Origin: an uncultured Bacilli bacterium
Lineage (GTDB): Bacteria > Bacillota_I > Bacilli_A > RF39 > UBA660
Direction of reading: 5' to 3'
Assembly (NCBI GenBank): GCA_934098445.1
Contig: CAKOOW010000002.1
Coordinates: forward strand, 1-47,470
Length of the DNA: 47,470 bases
The notes below the pieces were generated by a model. That model saw only the letters and a program-made list of their open reading frames with translations, did no database searches and was not told where the DNA came from. Positions within the stretch are counted from its first letter, which is position 1, and the number at the start of each line of letters is the position of its first letter. Both the position numbers and the translations under genes were made by a program. Positions 45,931 to 47,470 of the stretch are shown in pieces.

Positions 45931-46977
45931 ATGCAAAAAAGTATAGAAAAAATAAGAAAAAGAGTAAGGTGGAAAACTATTCCAGAAGATAAGATAATTG
46001 GCTTGTGTTACGATTTCATGTTTTGCCAAGTATTTGGGGATAAAAATTTGAGCTTTGCTACTAATATATTACTGGCAGATGTTACTAATTTAGATCTTAG
46101 GGATTTAGAAGGAAATATCGAGTATTTAAACCGAGATTTAAAAATCTATCAAAAGAAAGAAATGCTTAATAAAGTAGATATTTTATTAAAGTATAATGGC
46201 GAATATTATAATATTGAGATGAATACGGATATTTCGATGTTACGAAGAAATAAAGTATATAGAGGTCGAATTGAAAGTGATAATCTAAGATTAGGAGATA
46301 CGGATTATAGTAATATAGCCAAATTGGTCCAAATCAACTTTAATAATTTTGATAGTAAAAAAAAGAGACTAGTTTCCATAAGTCAGTTAGTAGATCAAGA
46401 TGGAATTGTAGATGATGATGATCTTGTATACAATATTTCAATGAAATTTACTAATAAAATGTGGTATACTTGTCTTGATGAGAGAGAAAAAAAAGTATTT
46501 CTTTGGTGTCAGTTAATGAATACTGAGGATTTATCAACTTTCAAAGAAAGGGCTGAAAAACTTATGGGAAAAGAAAAAGCAAAAATTTTTGTTGACCGTG
46601 TTTATGAATTGTCGCATGATTCAAAAAACATAGCCTTATATACTAAACTTAGTAATGATGAAATGGTTAAAAACACATGGGTTAAAGAGCTTAATGAAAA
46701 AGAGGAAGATTTGAATAAGAAGTCAGAGGATTTAGACAAAAAGTCAGAAGATTTGGATAAAAAGTCAGAGGATTTAGACAAGAAGTCAGAGGATTTAGAC
46801 AAAAAATCAGAAGATTTGGATAAAAAATCAAATGATTTAGCTAAAGAAAAAGAATCCTTACAACAAGATAAGACAACAATTATTAGGAATCTCTTGAATG
46901 CCGGTTTTAAAGTGGAAGAGATTGCTAAAATGATTAATATGTCTTTAGAAGATATTAAGAAGATAAAGAATAGTTAA
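45931..46977 (+). CDS. Rpn-family / PD-(D/E)XK nuclease-family putative transposase with an internal heptapeptide repeat
   Basis: N-terminal D-F-M-F-x-x-V-F-G box and the VDILLKYNGEYYNIEMN (D...E-x-Q/N) nuclease core typical of the PDDEXK_2/Rpn family. A helix-turn-helix-like tail follows the repeat. Confidence 0.65.
   Translation: MQKSIEKIRKRVRWKTIPEDKIIGLCYDFMFCQVFGDKNLSFATNILLADVTNLDLRDLEGNIEYLNRDLKIYQKKEMLNKVDILLKYNGEYYNIEMNTDISMLRRNKVYRGRIESDNLRLGDTDYSNIAKLVQINFNNFDSKKKRLVSISQLVDQDGIVDDDDLVYNISMKFTNKMWYTCLDEREKKVFLWCQLMNTEDLSTFKERAEKLMGKEKAKIFVDRVYELSHDSKNIALYTKLSNDEMVKNTWVKELNEKEEDLNKKSEDLDKKSEDLDKKSEDLDKKSEDLDKKSEDLDKKSNDLAKEKESLQQDKTTIIRNLLNAGFKVEEIAKMINMSLEDIKKIKNS
46705..46851 (+). 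repeat. in-frame 21-bp tandem repeat, 7 units (EDL(N/D)KKS x6 plus one degenerate unit)
   Basis: Units of gaRgatttRgaYaaRaaRtca start at 46705, 46726, 46747, 46768, 46789 and 46810. The degenerate unit starts at 46831. Confidence 0.9.
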
Positions 46978-47001
46978 TTAAATAACCTGATAGATAAAAG
47001 T

Positions 47002-47268
47002 CTACCAGGTTTTATTCATATATAAATATAATAACAGAAAATGAATAATAATACTTAAGACTATATTTAACTTAAAATACCACTTTTTAGTCTTATGATG
47101 GAAAAGATACATTCCTATAGTAGTACCTATTATTCCTCCTAGAATAGTAGAAAGAAGAAGAGTTTTTTCAGGAATACGTCTTTTTCTTTTAATAGCTAAG
47201 TATTTATCTAAAGAATAGAGAAAGAGACTAATAATATTTATAAATAAATAATAATAAACAAGATACAT
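47002..47268 (-). CDS. DUF1294-family small membrane protein
   Basis: YSLDKYLAIKRKRRIPEKTLLLSTILGGIIGTTIGMYLFHHKTKKWYF matches the DUF1294 signature (DK..A....RIPE....LGG..G....HKT.K..F). The internal ATG at 47268, preceded by GGTGAT, is preferred over 47346, which would overlap the divergent SDR gene. Confidence 0.65.
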   Translation of the reverse strand: MYLVYYYLFINIISLFLYSLDKYLAIKRKRRIPEKTLLLSTILGGIIGTTIGMYLFHHKTKKWYFKLNIVLSIIIHFLLLYLYMNKTW

Positions 47269-47336
47269 ATTATCACCAAGATAATTATAAATGATATTAA
47301 GGAAATATGATATACTAAAGATGAAAGTAGGTACAT

Positions 47337-47470
47337 ATGAAAGCATTAATAACAGGAGCTTCTAGTGGATTAGGAAGAGATATGGCTAGGTATTTAGCAT
47401 CTTTAGACTGGGATTTAATCTTAGTAGCTAGAAGAACGGAGAGATTAAAAGAGTTACAAGAAGATTTAAA
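47337..47470 (+). CDS. short-chain dehydrogenase/reductase, 5' part (continues beyond the window)
   Basis: [20 protein letters not shown] is a classical SDR TGxxxGxG cofactor motif. The frame is open to the window end. Confidence 0.75.
   Translation, partial: MKALITGASSGLGRDMARYLASLDWDLILVARRTERLKELQEDL

Noticed and set aside
45751-46029. ORF 45751..46029 (-), 92 aa
   Set aside because: It covers an intergenic region and the 5' end of the Rpn-like gene on the opposite strand. The sequence is low-complexity and Phe/Tyr-rich, as expected from antisense AT-rich DNA, with no RBS.
46705-46851. Regular 21-bp repeats as a possible CRISPR array
   Set aside because: The units are contiguous with no spacers, in frame and coding (EDLDKKS) inside a long ORF. 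No CRISPR-like repeat-spacer structure exists anywhere in the window.
45931-46977. Rpn-like nuclease as the recombinase for the inverton-like region or as part of the DGR
   Set aside because: PD-(D/E)XK Rpn proteins are not site-specific invertases. The gene lies 5 kb away beyond an unrelated pyrophosphatase gene, and no supporting sequence link was found.
1-47470. Search for a reverse transcriptase or Avd gene to complete the DGR
   Set aside because: No ORF in the track has an RT-like domain order. The incidental Y-x-D-D-like strings (for example YLDD in 20947..21657) sit in proteins that are clearly paralogues of the kinase-like family. No RT call can be supported from this window.

Overview
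AT-rich (about 28-30% GC by eye) chromosomal segment from a low-GC Bacillota, Erysipelotrichia- or Mollicutes-like in style. It uses the standard code with UGA as a stop, as shown by the prfB CUU-UGA-C frameshift site. Most genes are on the + strand and most are housekeeping or envelope genes. Sulfur and tRNA modification: cysteine desulfurase and a TtcA-like tRNA thiolase. Translation and repair: two ABC-F ATPases, prfB and uvrB. Signalling: a hybrid histidine kinase and a small (p)ppGpp-hydrolase-like HD protein. Envelope and metabolism: a membrane GDPD, an SDR, a YitT-family protein, a CBS-type family II pyrophosphatase, and SAM-I riboswitch-controlled metK. Several lineage-specific tandem paralogue families of unknown function sit between these: minimal kinase-like proteins, secreted and cytosolic HExxH proteins, and Cys-motif membrane proteins. 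The strongest signal is a diversity-generating-retroelement (DGR) signature. Three paralogous membrane-anchored surface-protein genes (2..499 partial, 40726..42195, 42759..44009) each carry a 56-58% GC hypervariable block just before a conserved G-x-RPV-x-NL tail. A non-coding, Asn-codon-rich template-repeat-like copy of that block (42372..42479; 16 of 33 codons AAC/AAT) lies in the spacer between the two tandem genes. No reverse transcriptase or Avd-like ORF is present anywhere in the 47 kb, and the TR/VR mismatches are adenine-biased but not adenine-exclusive. The locus is therefore either served in trans or decaying. The 450-bp region upstream of the first tandem target has inverton-like geometry: a perfect 28-bp inverted repeat pair 238 bp apart enclosing outward-facing -35/-10-like boxes. 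A tightly packed 8-gene operon of unknown function lies at 29.9-38.1 kb. It encodes two HExxH proteins, two small DUF1292-like proteins flanking an 802-aa coiled-coil membrane protein, a hydrolase-like protein with Ser replaced by Gly, and a DUF2130 protein. No rRNA, tRNA, CRISPR array or intact transposon was seen.
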